Shown here: in pieces, positions 1 through 9,247 of the stretch
Position numbering within the stretch: the stretch's first letter is position 1
How the letters are laid out: each line of letters opens with the position of its first letter
Sequence record: NZ_CP019209.1
Strand: one strand, 5' to 3'
Length of the DNA: 64,000 nucleotides
From: a plasmid
Program-made: the position numbers and the translations under genes
Notes under the pieces: model-generated
Database searches by the model: none
What the model saw: only the letters and a program-made list of their open reading frames with translations
Told to the model about the DNA's origin: nothing

Positions 1-133
1 AATAATCTTAAATCGTTTAATATCAAGATATACAATTAAGAAACAAACATCGACTGTTTATTTTGCTCACAAACTTTGGTCGGGGAGTGAGCGACTTCTT
101 ATTTTTATTTTGTTATTAATATAACACTAACAA

Positions 134-166
134 AAGACTTGGTCTAATTAGATCAAGTCTTTTTTA
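134..166 (+). terminator. Rho-independent terminator-like hairpin (AAGACTTG..CAAGTCTT followed by TTTTTT)
   Basis: 8-bp perfect stem with 12-nt loop followed by a T6 run; the reverse-strand side is also T-rich, so it may act in both directions. Confidence 0.4.
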
Positions 167-605
167 GTACCAAAACTTATTACATAATCAAAACTTAATT
201 CTCTTTAGATAATTTATATTGCTGGTAAGTATAATAAACTATCAATGATTGCACTACTACTTGTGAAAAAGCTAATGATACTCGAATGATTTTCTTCGTT
301 TTCTCACTCATTTTACTCAACTCCTTTCGTTGCTTTATTCCAATTTCCTTATTGGTCGGAACCTACAGGGCTTTATGTGTTGTTGAGTTGGTACTTTCTT
401 GGGATTAATCCCAATTCAAGTCCAACCAACTCGCTAACAAGTTAGCTAACACATAGCCCATTCCAACCAATAAGTTTTCTCGGCATAAAAACGTGTTATA
501 ATACTATTAGTTGTTTTTTCATAAGGAGTTACCCCCTTATTTGCATTTATTTTGCATTTTAAGGGGGTATTTTGCGTATTTAGCCCTTTTTATATATAAA
601 TCTAC

Positions 606-1157
606 CTAAAGGTCATTAAATACTCTAAAAAACAATGCTATGAGCCACAGAATGATAGCGAAGAATACATAGGGTACTGCATAAAGTATCAACATCAAAT
701 ATCGCCATGCACTTTCGTGGTCATCAATAAAACCATTAATAAAGCTATATAAATGTTCAATACCAAAGAAATGACCTATCGGACCTGTCACAAGCATTAC
801 AAGTACAAAAATAATTAGCACAAAAAATATATTTGTAACGCCTTTTGTCATCACTTTTAGCGCTGTATTCGATTTATCAACCACTTTGTTATGGTCTTTT
901 ATTTTACTTTCTAAGATTTCTTTATACTCTTTTGTTTCTTCTCTCGCTTGTTTCGTCACTTCACGTATTTCGTCTTTAGTATCGCTTAATTCATCTTGAA
1001 TAGCTTGTTGAAAATCTAATTTCAAATTATCTTCATCAAGTCGTTTAATATAGTGCTTTGCAGTTGTTTCAAAGTTTAATCTTGCATGCTTAGTCTTTTC
1101 TTCAAAAACATCTAACTTATTATTAAAGTTCGAGGTCGAAGCCTCTAGTCTTTTCAT
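606..1157 (-). CDS. Hypothetical membrane protein: N-terminal charged coiled-coil region, C-terminal ~3 TM helices
   Basis: 183-aa ORF with a K/E-rich helical N-terminus and a hydrophobic C-terminus. The upstream region runs into the IS1216 end at 1197. Confidence 0.5.
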   Translation of the reverse strand: MKRLEASTSNFNNKLDVFEEKTKHARLNFETTAKHYIKRLDEDNLKLDFQQAIQDELSDTKDEIREVTKQAREETKEYKEILESKIKDHNKVVDKSNTALKVMTKGVTNIFFVLIIFVLVMLVTGPIGHFFGIEHLYSFINGFIDDHESAWRYLMLILYAVPYVFFAIILWLIALFFRVFNDL

Positions 1158-1196
1158 GAGTATGTTTGTTCTCTCGTTCCTGTCTTGCTCGCTCTT

Positions 1197-1628
1197 CGGT
1201 TCTGTTGCAAAGTTTTAAATAAAGAATAAAATCCCTTACGGTATCTATGATTTAAGCTGGGATTCCCAATAATACCTTGATTTCAGTACAGACCGAAAAC
1301 CCGAAGAGAGTGCCTTCTTTCCGGGTTTTCTTATATAATCCTCGAATGGCTTCCATGCCTTTAATCGTGGTAGAGGCAGTGCGTAAACTTCGATAGAATT
1401 TATTGCGTCTCTTTACTGGACGATGGTCTTGTTCAATCAAATTATTCAGGTATTTAATGGTACGATGTTCTGTCCCTTGATAAAAGCCGTATTCTTTTAG
1501 TTTCTTAAAGGCACTTGTAATAGAGGGGGCTTTATCTGTGACTACAACCTTCGGTTCATCAAACTGCTTCACTAACCGCTTAAGAAAAGCATAGGCTGCT
1601 TGTGTGTCCCGTTTTTTACGTAACCAAA
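1197..1628 (-). mobile_element. IS1216-type (IS6 family) fragment: right IR plus 3' part of tnp, cut off by the next IS6 element
   Basis: IR GGTTCTGTTGCAAAGTTTTAAAT at 1197. The 129-aa ORF (1252..1641) is identical to the C-terminal half of the full IS1216 transposases at 10535 and 53697. Confidence 0.85.
1252..1628 (-). pseudogene. Truncated IS6-family (IS1216) transposase, C-terminal ~125 aa only
   Basis: Translation matches residues ~102-226 of the intact 226-aa IS1216 Tnp in this window. The N-terminal residues of the track ORF are read from the IR of the neighbouring IS. Confidence 0.85.
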
Positions 1629-2436
1629 GGTTCTGTTGCAAAGTTTTCCAAAAAATCTATTTTAGTGTAAAATTGAGAAAAAAGACAGAGAGGACAGAGT
1701 AATGAATCATTTTAAAGGCAAACAATTCAAAAAAGACGTCATTATTGTCGCTGTTGGTTACTACCTGCGTTACAATCTAAGCTATCGTGAAGTTCAGGAA
1801 TTGTTATATGATCGTGGAATAAATGTTTGTCATACTACGATTTATCGTTGGGTGCAAGAGTACAGCAAAGTCCTCTATTATCTTTGGAAGAAGAAAAATA
1901 GACAATCCTTCTATTCATGGAAAATGGACGAAACCTATATCAAAATTAAGGGACGTTGGCATTATCTTTATCGTGCAATTGATGCGGACGGCTTAACCTT
2001 AGATATCTGGTTACGAAAGAAACGGGATACGCAAGCAGCCTATGCTTTCTTAAAACGACTCCATAAACAGTTTGGTGAGCCGAAAGCAATTGTGACCGAT
2101 AAAGCACCTTCTCTTGGCTCCGCCTTTAGAAAGTTACAGAGTGTGGGTTTATATACTAAGACAGAGCACCGAACTGTGAAGTATCTTAACAATTTAATAG
2201 AACAAGACCATCGACCTATTAAACGACGAAATAAATTTTATCAAAGTCTCCGTACAGCCTCTTCCACGATTAAGGGCATGGAGACCATTCGAGGAATATA
2301 TAAAAAGAACCGAAGAAATGGAACGCTCTTCGGCTTTTCGGTGTCTACTGAAATCAAGGTATTAATGGGAATAACAGCCTAAGATATTTGGAGTTCAGAG
2401 AGGGCGCGTTTGATTTTCAAACTTCGCAACAGAACC
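1629..2436 (+). mobile_element. Second IS6-family element (ISS1/IS1297-like, ~80% aa identity to IS1216 Tnp), 808 bp with both IRs
   Basis: IRL GGTTCTGTTGCAAAGTTTT at 1629 and IRR (rc GGTTCTGTTGCGAAGTTTGAAAATCA) ending at 2436. It is inserted into, and truncates, the IS1216 fragment. Confidence 0.85.
1702..2382 (+). CDS. tnp: IS6-family DDE transposase (226 aa)
   Basis: Full-length ORF, collinear with the IS1216 Tnp but diverged (KKDVII..., HKQFGEPKAIVTDKAP). Confidence 0.9.
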   Translation: MNHFKGKQFKKDVIIVAVGYYLRYNLSYREVQELLYDRGINVCHTTIYRWVQEYSKVLYYLWKKKNRQSFYSWKMDETYIKIKGRWHYLYRAIDADGLTLDIWLRKKRDTQAAYAFLKRLHKQFGEPKAIVTDKAPSLGSAFRKLQSVGLYTKTEHRTVKYLNNLIEQDHRPIKRRNKFYQSLRTASSTIKGMETIRGIYKKNRRNGTLFGFSVSTEIKVLMGITA

Positions 2437-2499
2437 AAAAAATTGGTTTAATTGTTCTGTACTAGGTTCTCCTAAATAAATGCCAAATGCTTTTTTGTT

Positions 2500-2641
2500 A
2501 CTTTTGATTTCATCCATTTAAACCCTCCATGAAGTAAATTTTAAGTCTACATAAAATTTATTTTTAAAAATGCTATGATAGCAGTAAAACTACAAGTAAA
2601 TTTTACATGTAAATTATATCACTTTTAAAAAGGAGTTTTTT
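2500..2641. promoter_or_regulatory. Putative res/operator region upstream of resolvase (AT-rich imperfect palindromes TTTACATGTAAA, AATTTTA-N8-TAAAATT)
   Basis: Palindromic subsites directly 5' of the serine recombinase gene, as is typical for res sites. Confidence 0.35.
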
Positions 2642-3247
2642 ATGGGAAAAATTGGCTATATTCGAGTATCTTCACAAGATCAAAATTTGGATCGACAATT
2701 GGCAATGATGGAAGGACTTAACATTGATAAATTATTCCAAGAAAAAGCCAGTGGTAAAGATACTGAGCGTCCTGAGTTTCAAAAATTACTAAATTATATC
2801 CGTGAAGGTGATTGCGTCATCGTTACATCACTAGATCGTTTAGGAAGAGATTATGAAGATATAAAAAATACAGTTGCTTTTATGAAACAGAAAAAAGTAG
2901 CGTTAAAAATATTAGATGCACAGTTTTTAGATTTTAATACTGGAAATGAACTCCTGGATACCGCTATGTTCGATATGTTTTTATCACTGCTAAGTTATAT
3001 TGCACAAAACGAGCGTGAGAAAATTCGTGAACGTCAGCGGCAAGGAGTATTATTGGCTCAAAAAGCCGGCCGATATAAGGGACGACCAATCGAGTATTCT
3101 ATTAACTCAACAGATCCGCAAAAACGCTTAGTTTTTAAAACCGTGGTGGACATGTTAAAGCAAGGCATTCCAGTTGCAGAGATTGCAAAAGAAAACGGGA
3201 TCTCTCGACCAACTATTTATAAAATAAAGAAAGCGAATGATTTGTAG
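2642..3247 (+). CDS. Serine recombinase / resolvase (201 aa)
   Basis: N-terminal catalytic motif GYIRVSSQDQNLDRQ and a C-terminal HTH; resolvase/invertase family. Confidence 0.9.
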   Translation: MGKIGYIRVSSQDQNLDRQLAMMEGLNIDKLFQEKASGKDTERPEFQKLLNYIREGDCVIVTSLDRLGRDYEDIKNTVAFMKQKKVALKILDAQFLDFNTGNELLDTAMFDMFLSLLSYIAQNEREKIRERQRQGVLLAQKAGRYKGRPIEYSINSTDPQKRLVFKTVVDMLKQGIPVAEIAKENGISRPTIYKIKKANDL

Positions 3248-3291
3248 AAATATACTACATTCATTCGCTTTTCTACCGCACTATTTCGTTT

Positions 3292-3459
3292 CTATGTTCC
3301 ATGTACCCCGTATCGGCGATGGCATTTAGGACAGTAAAAGTAATTTTTTTGATAAACACTTTTTGCTAATTCCCCACAGTCACACTCCACGTGAAAAGCA
3401 ATATTTCGATTAAAACTAGTTATTTCAATGCCCCAACGATCATAAGATTTTCGCTTCAT
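3292..3459 (-). CDS. Small Cys4 zinc-ribbon protein (55 aa; not in the ORF track)
   Basis: ATG at 3459 preceded by AAGGAGG 9 nt upstream. Translation MKRKSYDRWGIEITSFNRNIAFHVECDCGELAKSVYQKNYFYCPKCHRRYGVHGT, with CxC...CxxC. Confidence 0.5.
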   Translation of the reverse strand: MKRKSYDRWGIEITSFNRNIAFHVECDCGELAKSVYQKNYFYCPKCHRRYGVHGT

Positions 3460-3492
3460 AAAAATTTTCCTCCTTGTAAATTTTACTAACGA

Positions 3493-3798
3493 TTATAAAT
3501 ACCGTTGCCATTCTTTCAACTGTTGACTAATTAACGCATAAAATTCGACTTCTGATAAAATGGTAATCTCATGACCTAACGCAATCAAGTCCCGCGCGGT
3601 TTGTTCCTTTTTTGTATAGAGAGAATCATCAAACAACGACTTAGAATACTGACCACAAACCAGGAAATTTGTTTTTGAAGTAACACTTGATTGACAATGG
3701 CCGTTTAAAGAGTGAACCAAACCGATGGCTTGGGTTCGTGTCATTTGCTGCAGCGTTCCAGTAAAAACGACCCTTTGATTCGTTAAGTCCATTTTCAA
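3493..3798 (-). CDS. Stand-alone BRCT-domain protein (101 aa), LigA-BRCT-like
   Basis: VVFTGTLQQMTRTQAIGLVHSLNGHCQSSVTSKTNFLVCGQ follows the BRCT consensus of NAD-ligase C-termini (GKtvVlTGtL..sR.eA......G.kvsgSVSKKTdlvVaG). It lies 35 nt downstream of the resolvase gene on the same strand. Confidence 0.6.
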   Translation of the reverse strand: MKMDLTNQRVVFTGTLQQMTRTQAIGLVHSLNGHCQSSVTSKTNFLVCGQYSKSLFDDSLYTKKEQTARDLIALGHEITILSEVEFYALISQQLKEWQRYL

Positions 3799-3832
3799 AC
3801 TCTCCCTTCCCGTCTAATAGCTGTTATATCTA

Positions 3833-4450
3833 TCAAGAAAAGTGGTGCAAGGTATGTTCATATTCTTTCACCCGTCGATAAAAGGTATTTCGTTTCATGC
3901 CCAATTGATCCATAGCATAGACTGCAGTTATCTTTCCTGCTTTCCAGTCAGAATAGATCGCAGGAAATTCAGGAGGTAAAGCAATTTTCTTTCTGCCGAA
4001 TTTTACACCCTTTTGTTTCGCAGCTTCTACGCCTTCTCTTTGCCGGCTATTAATTCGTTTCCGCTCGTCTTCGGCCATATAGCTGAGTAATTGCAGAATT
4101 AAGTCAGAGATAAGCGTCTCTAACCCATCTAGTTGCTTGTAACTAGCAGTATCTAACAGAGGCATGTCTAACACAGAAATATCAATCTGCTTTTCCTTAG
4201 TTAATTCTCGCCATTCTTCTAAAATCATTTGTTTATTTCTGCCTAGTCTATCTAATGATTGTAGATAGAGTAAATCTCCTTTTCGAAACATCCGTTTCAT
4301 TAATTGATATTCAGGGCGTTTAAAATCTTTGCCGCTGGCTTTTTCTACAAATATATATTCTTCAGGGATTCCTAATTCCTTCGCGGAAATCAGTTGTCGT
4401 TCGATCGATTGATCATAACTACTGACCCGGATATAAAAAAATTTTCTCAT
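3833..4450 (-). CDS. Serine recombinase / resolvase (205 aa)
   Basis: YIRVSSYDQSIERQ catalytic N-terminus and C-terminal HTH; resolvase family, distinct from the 2642 copy. Confidence 0.9.
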   Translation of the reverse strand: MRKFFYIRVSSYDQSIERQLISAKELGIPEEYIFVEKASGKDFKRPEYQLMKRMFRKGDLLYLQSLDRLGRNKQMILEEWRELTKEKQIDISVLDMPLLDTASYKQLDGLETLISDLILQLLSYMAEDERKRINSRQREGVEAAKQKGVKFGRKKIALPPEFPAIYSDWKAGKITAVYAMDQLGMKRNTFYRRVKEYEHTLHHFS

Positions 4451-4545
4451 CGTTTTTATCTACCCTTTTTTCACTAAAATTGTTTCAAAACAATCAGATT
4501 AAATCAGAAACGTTTCAAATTGTATTATGTGGTTATTATGCCATA
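4451..4545. promoter_or_regulatory. Putative res site for the 3833-4450 resolvase (TTGTTT-ca-AAACAA palindrome plus GTTTCAAAT repeat)
   Basis: Palindromic half-sites immediately 5' of the resolvase start. Confidence 0.35.
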
Positions 4546-4774
4546 CATAAACAAAGAAAATCAAGGCATGTCAAAAAGTATACTTTTTGAAACAGTAAGT
4601 TTACACTCCCGCATGATTATATTTATTCCGCTAAAATACATAAAAATGGCAGGCCTTAACGGTCTGCCATTAAATAAACTAGTTATCCAGTTTTTCTTTT
4701 ATGTCTTCCATGGTATATTTTATTTTTCACATCAGAATTTGACTTCTTTAACTTTTACAATTTTTTTAACACTA

Positions 4775-5170
4775 TTATTCTATTACAACACTATATATTT
4801 CTAATTTAGGGTTAAAAATAAATCTTTTTGATACTTTTGCCTTTACAATATAATTGTATTCTTTCTTTTTTTCTTTGAAGTCGCTTGATTCAACTGTAAC
4901 TTCAAACCACATTTCATTTGGAGACTCTTTTAATTTTTTTACTTGAAATGAATTATCTCTTGGATCATAAGGTGGTACTCTTTCAAACTCAGGAAGTTTT
5001 CTCTGTATTTGTTCTTCAGGAGTATTCGCAAAGTAATCTACTATCTTGACAGTTATTAAAAGTACTACTATTCCCAAAACTATAACAAACATAAAGATAA
5101 TTCCACATCCAGAATTATTTTTATTATTTTGAGTCAGATTATTCCATTCTATTTCTTCCATAATCATCAT
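4775..5170 (-). CDS. Small single-pass membrane protein (131 aa); candidate immunity or accessory partner of the upstream large protein
   Basis: One N-terminal TM (GIIFMFVIVLGIVVLLITV) followed by a ~90-aa charged domain. It lies 80 nt downstream of the 783-aa gene on the same strand. Confidence 0.5.
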   Translation of the reverse strand: MMIMEEIEWNNLTQNNKNNSGCGIIFMFVIVLGIVVLLITVKIVDYFANTPEEQIQRKLPEFERVPPYDPRDNSFQVKKLKESPNEMWFEVTVESSDFKEKKKEYNYIVKAKVSKRFIFNPKLEIYSVVIE

Positions 5171-5249
5171 GTCCTTTTACAATTCATATACTTATTTTAT
5201 CGTATATATTTAAAAAGGAAAAGGACACTGTTTAAATAGTAAACGATTC

Positions 5250-7601
5250 TTAATTAAGTTTACTTCTATTTTCTTGAAATTGAATAATTTTTTCAGAAAA
5301 TCCATTTGCAACTTTCCCCTCATCTCCAATAAAATCAAGATAAGTAAAATCTGTCCCAAGTGAATTATTAACTATTTTATCAATGAAAAATGAAATTATC
5401 CCTACACCTAAGATATCAACTGTTTCGTCATTTTCTAATAAACTATTTGTTACTGAAGCGATTTTATCTGAAGAACCAAATCTGTTCTTAACAAATTGAT
5501 TAAATCTATCAATAGCACCCTTATCACAATAGTACGTTTTTAAAGCCGATAAAGCTGTTGAATCAGAATTTCTTTTTGCTAAGGTATAAACATTTACCGC
5601 GTCAACATCTTGGTATAAATCTTCTAGACTAAATGTTCCACCTGCAGCCGTACCTACTAATGCAAATACACCTTGCTCCATTTGTATTCCTAATTTCTTA
5701 ACTTCACCCCAGCAAGTCATTAAATCTCCTAACCAACCTGCAAAGTCAGAAACACTATCATTGATTGTGTCGGCTAGAAACATCTGTGATTGTAACGTCA
5801 CAATTAAGTGAGGCAAACCTATTATTGAACCAGTATTAGGATCTATAAAATAATTATACAGGCCCTCGCTATTAGTTAATTTATTCCTATATTCATCATA
5901 AATTTTTCTATCATGCTCTGTTACAGGAGAAGAAATGATGTCCCATGACAAACCAGAATAATTTACATATCTATAAAATGTCAAATGAGGGTTCCAAGGA
6001 TTATCAAGACCAGCTTGTGATAGATATTGATACGCACGTACCATCTGATTTATAACCTTCTGATTGTATTTGGCAATGTAATTATCATTATTAGTATCAT
6101 TTGATAACTCATTAAATCCGCTATCTCTACCCGATGTAGCGATTAAATCGATACCAACAGCTCCGTTGCCACTTCCTATGGTAAATTCAACAAATTGATC
6201 AAAAGACCATTGTCTAGGCATAGGAAAACCTAAATTCCCACTATAACCAGTCGACATATCTGAAACAAATGCAAACGAAGCATACCCGTTATTGATTATT
6301 TGAGAACAAACATTTCTTGTTCCGTAAACACCCGTTTGATACCCGCTATATGACATTACAGCAGATACCCCCTTAAAATATTCTCCAGCATATGCAAGAA
6401 TTTCTTCCCCTAACATGTCTAGATCAACAGCAAAATAAATAACTGTTGTTAATGGTATATTTAGATTTTTTGCTGCATCTATAGCCTTCTTACCATCTGA
6501 TAAGCCACGATCATAAGTAAAATAAGCTAATGCTGCACCTCCATCTTGATAGATAGGAAACACAGATAAATTTTTAGAAAAAATATTATTCAATTCCTCT
6601 GTAGTTAGATACTTATTTCGTTCATCTTTTCCAATTCCAACAGTACCAGTAAGATATCTACCAACTATTTTTATATCATTATCAACCAATGTTTGGATTT
6701 GAGATCTAGTTAATTGCGTAGAAGTATCTGCGCCATCTGCAGATCTTCTAATATCTCCAGCGCTAGACAATAGTCCTTTTATTACAACAACATCTGCTAT
6801 TTCAGTATATTCAGGCAATACCATAAATTTTCGGAATGCCAGTACTTCTAAACCCATATATTTAGTGAAAATACCATCGAATGTACCGTCTTCAAAATAA
6901 CCATTAACATATAATCCATATTGAATTATTCTTACATAGTTTCCCGAGTTACCTTCAGACACAGGATAAGTTTTACTAGTTGTCCCATTACCATAAGACC
7001 CTGTTGCTTCACTGGGAGAATATCCTAGTTCAGCTTGTAATGCAAAAATTAATGCTTGATTTGAATTTCTTTGATAAATACCATCACAAGGCATTATTCC
7101 CGTGTATTCTAAATAATTTACATTTAACCATTGCTGCATTTTTCTAATTTTACTATCTCCGCCGGGAACAAGAACAAAAGCACTCATATCAAATAACGCT
7201 TTGGCCCATTTCGCATCCAAAACTCCAGTTACAGCGCTTCCATTAAACCCTGCATCAGTCTGCAACTCTTTTACAGCAGTATCTAAATATGGAGTATATA
7301 CCCCATCGAAGCCACCTGGATTAATCCCCTTACACCAAAAGGCACCTTGAATAAGAAATACAATATTTTTAGGTAGATTTTTGCCCCATTTAGGAGTAAC
7401 CTGATTATCGTACATTTTTTCAGTGGTAGGTCCAAAATTAGCTACTAGATTAGTAATACCAAGTTCTACTTGTAGTCCTTCAATAAGTCCATAGATTGTA
7501 GGCCACCCTGTTCGCCCATTTTCTGGAACCTTATCAAACCCTGTAACATTACTGTATTTCTTGTTTAGCCATTTCTGAGTACTTAAAACCATCTCATCCA
7601 T
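5250..7601 (-). CDS. Large peptidoglycan-binding / glycoside-hydrolase-like protein (783 aa), no signal peptide; candidate muralytic bacteriocin-like enzyme
   Basis: 3-4 N-terminal PG_binding_1-like repeats (e.g. VKELQTDAGFNGSAVTGVLDAKWAKAL), a central TIM-barrel glycosidase-like (DUF1906/GH25-like) region (IVGRYLTG...VIYFAVDLD) and a ~300-aa C-terminal region of unknown function. Confidence 0.55.
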   Translation of the reverse strand: MDEMVLSTQKWLNKKYSNVTGFDKVPENGRTGWPTIYGLIEGLQVELGITNLVANFGPTTEKMYDNQVTPKWGKNLPKNIVFLIQGAFWCKGINPGGFDGVYTPYLDTAVKELQTDAGFNGSAVTGVLDAKWAKALFDMSAFVLVPGGDSKIRKMQQWLNVNYLEYTGIMPCDGIYQRNSNQALIFALQAELGYSPSEATGSYGNGTTSKTYPVSEGNSGNYVRIIQYGLYVNGYFEDGTFDGIFTKYMGLEVLAFRKFMVLPEYTEIADVVVIKGLLSSAGDIRRSADGADTSTQLTRSQIQTLVDNDIKIVGRYLTGTVGIGKDERNKYLTTEELNNIFSKNLSVFPIYQDGGAALAYFTYDRGLSDGKKAIDAAKNLNIPLTTVIYFAVDLDMLGEEILAYAGEYFKGVSAVMSYSGYQTGVYGTRNVCSQIINNGYASFAFVSDMSTGYSGNLGFPMPRQWSFDQFVEFTIGSGNGAVGIDLIATSGRDSGFNELSNDTNNDNYIAKYNQKVINQMVRAYQYLSQAGLDNPWNPHLTFYRYVNYSGLSWDIISSPVTEHDRKIYDEYRNKLTNSEGLYNYFIDPNTGSIIGLPHLIVTLQSQMFLADTINDSVSDFAGWLGDLMTCWGEVKKLGIQMEQGVFALVGTAAGGTFSLEDLYQDVDAVNVYTLAKRNSDSTALSALKTYYCDKGAIDRFNQFVKNRFGSSDKIASVTNSLLENDETVDILGVGIISFFIDKIVNNSLGTDFTYLDFIGDEGKVANGFSEKIIQFQENRSKLN

Positions 7602-7690
7602 AAAAATCCCCTGCTTTCTTGCCGAACATACGTTCGTTTATGTGTTGATTATATTTTATATTTTAGTGTTTGTCAACAACTAAAAATAAT

Positions 7691-9204
7691 GGCTCTATAA
7701 TTTATGGGACTGATGAATCAGAATTGATTCTTCAGCCCCATTTTTATTTTAGGTATTAAAAAACATATCGTTCTCTAGTATGATTAAATCACGACAAAAT
7801 AAACAACTGAGAGGACGATATGCTATATGAATGATTCTATCAAAAAAATGCTGCGATTAATAGAGAAAGATTTGATGATTACAGAGGTCTCTTACGAGAC
7901 CTTTCAGAAGAAAAAGACGTTGATCGTCGATGCTGTTTTCTCACCTGCTCCCCATACCTGTAGAAATTGTGGTTCTACTGTGGTAGATGGAAACGGGAAA
8001 GTAATTGTAGTGAAAAATGGGAAGAAGGAAACGATTGTCCGCTTTGAACAATACAATCACATGCCTTTGGTTATGCGCTTAAAAAAGCAGCGCTATACCT
8101 GTAAAAACTGTCGAACCCATTGGACGGCTCAAAGTTATTTTGTTCAACCCAGACATTCAATCGCGAATCATGTCAGATATAAAATTGCTTCTTTACTGAC
8201 TGAAAAAGTATCTTTATCTTTTATTGCGAAAAATTGTCAGGTATCTTTGACCACCGTTATTCGTACGTTGAAAGAGTTTAAAAGCTACTTACCAAAGCAA
8301 TCTAAGAGGATTCTCCCCAGAGTATTGATGGTTGATGAATTTCGTTCGCACGCTTCCATAGAAGATAAAATGAGCTTTATTTGCGCAGATGGCGAAACAG
8401 GACAATTAATTGATGTCTTGCCTACGCGTAAATTGCCTCGATTAACAAGCTATTTCTTAGGCTGCGCTAATCCTGAAGAAGTAAAATTTTTAGTCACAGA
8501 CATGAACGCCGCCTACTTCCAGCTTACCAAACGTATTCTGCCAAATGCGAAAGTAGTGATTGATCGGTTTCATATTATCAAACACATGAATCAAGCCTTT
8601 AATGAGTTGCGTATCCGTGAAATGAATGAACTTCGTAAAGTAGGACAGAAAAGTCAGGCAGAAAAACTGAAAAAGAACTGGCGCTTTTTGCTAAAAAATC
8701 GTGCAAACATCAACCATTATGAATACAAAACATGGAAAAGTTTTCGAGCACCAAAATACCCATTTCTTACGGAAGCGATGATGATTGATCGATTGCTTGG
8801 CTTTTCTACGTCCCTGAAGGAGGCGTATCCCTATTTTCATGAATTAGTTGAAGCCTTTCGAGACAAAGACCCTGACTTATTTTTCTCCTTATTGGCAGAA
8901 CTTCCCGAAACGTTAGATGACGGCTTTCGGGAAAAGCTCCAAAACCTTCTGACCTATGAAGAAGGCATCACCAACGCGATGATCTATCCTTACACCAATG
9001 GAAAAATAGAAGCGAAGAATACCCATATAAAGACAATGAAACGAGTATCCTACGGATTTAAATCATTTGAGAACATGAGAATTAGAATCTTTTTGATCAA
9101 TCAATTAATCAAAGTAAGATAACAAAAAATCTGAGCCAGAATGAGGTTCATTCTGACCCAGATTTGATTTTGTACAACCCATCAGTCCTTATTGACAAAG
9201 AGCC
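7691..9204 (+). mobile_element. ISL3-family IS (IS1251-like), intact, flanked by 8-bp TSD AAAATAAT
   Basis: Terminal IRs GGCTCT...GGACTGATG at both ends. The same 8-mer AAAATAAT sits at 7683-7690 and 9205-9212. Contains a 431-aa ISL3 Tnp. Confidence 0.85.
7827..9122 (+). CDS. tnp: ISL3-family transposase (431 aa)
   Basis: N-terminal zinc-finger CRNCGS...CKNCRTHW and a DDE domain. A near-identical 5'-truncated copy sits at 35260. Confidence 0.9.
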   Translation: MNDSIKKMLRLIEKDLMITEVSYETFQKKKTLIVDAVFSPAPHTCRNCGSTVVDGNGKVIVVKNGKKETIVRFEQYNHMPLVMRLKKQRYTCKNCRTHWTAQSYFVQPRHSIANHVRYKIASLLTEKVSLSFIAKNCQVSLTTVIRTLKEFKSYLPKQSKRILPRVLMVDEFRSHASIEDKMSFICADGETGQLIDVLPTRKLPRLTSYFLGCANPEEVKFLVTDMNAAYFQLTKRILPNAKVVIDRFHIIKHMNQAFNELRIREMNELRKVGQKSQAEKLKKNWRFLLKNRANINHYEYKTWKSFRAPKYPFLTEAMMIDRLLGFSTSLKEAYPYFHELVEAFRDKDPDLFFSLLAELPETLDDGFREKLQNLLTYEEGITNAMIYPYTNGKIEAKNTHIKTMKRVSYGFKSFENMRIRIFLINQLIKVR

Positions 9205-9247
9205 AAAATAATAAAACAGCACAAAGAAATCTCTTTGTGCTGTTTTA

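Noticed and set aside
4520-4804. 94-aa plus-strand ORF
   Set aside because: It is low-complexity and AT-rich with no RBS, it overlaps the res-like region, and its end overlaps the oppositely oriented small membrane protein. It is unlikely to be real.
5250-7601. Possibility that the 783-aa muralytic-like protein is a prophage endolysin
   Set aside because: There is no holin, terminase, portal or other phage gene nearby. The domain order is the reverse of typical Gram-positive endolysins, and the flanks are plasmid resolvases and IS. A bacteriocin-like or plasmid role is more consistent.
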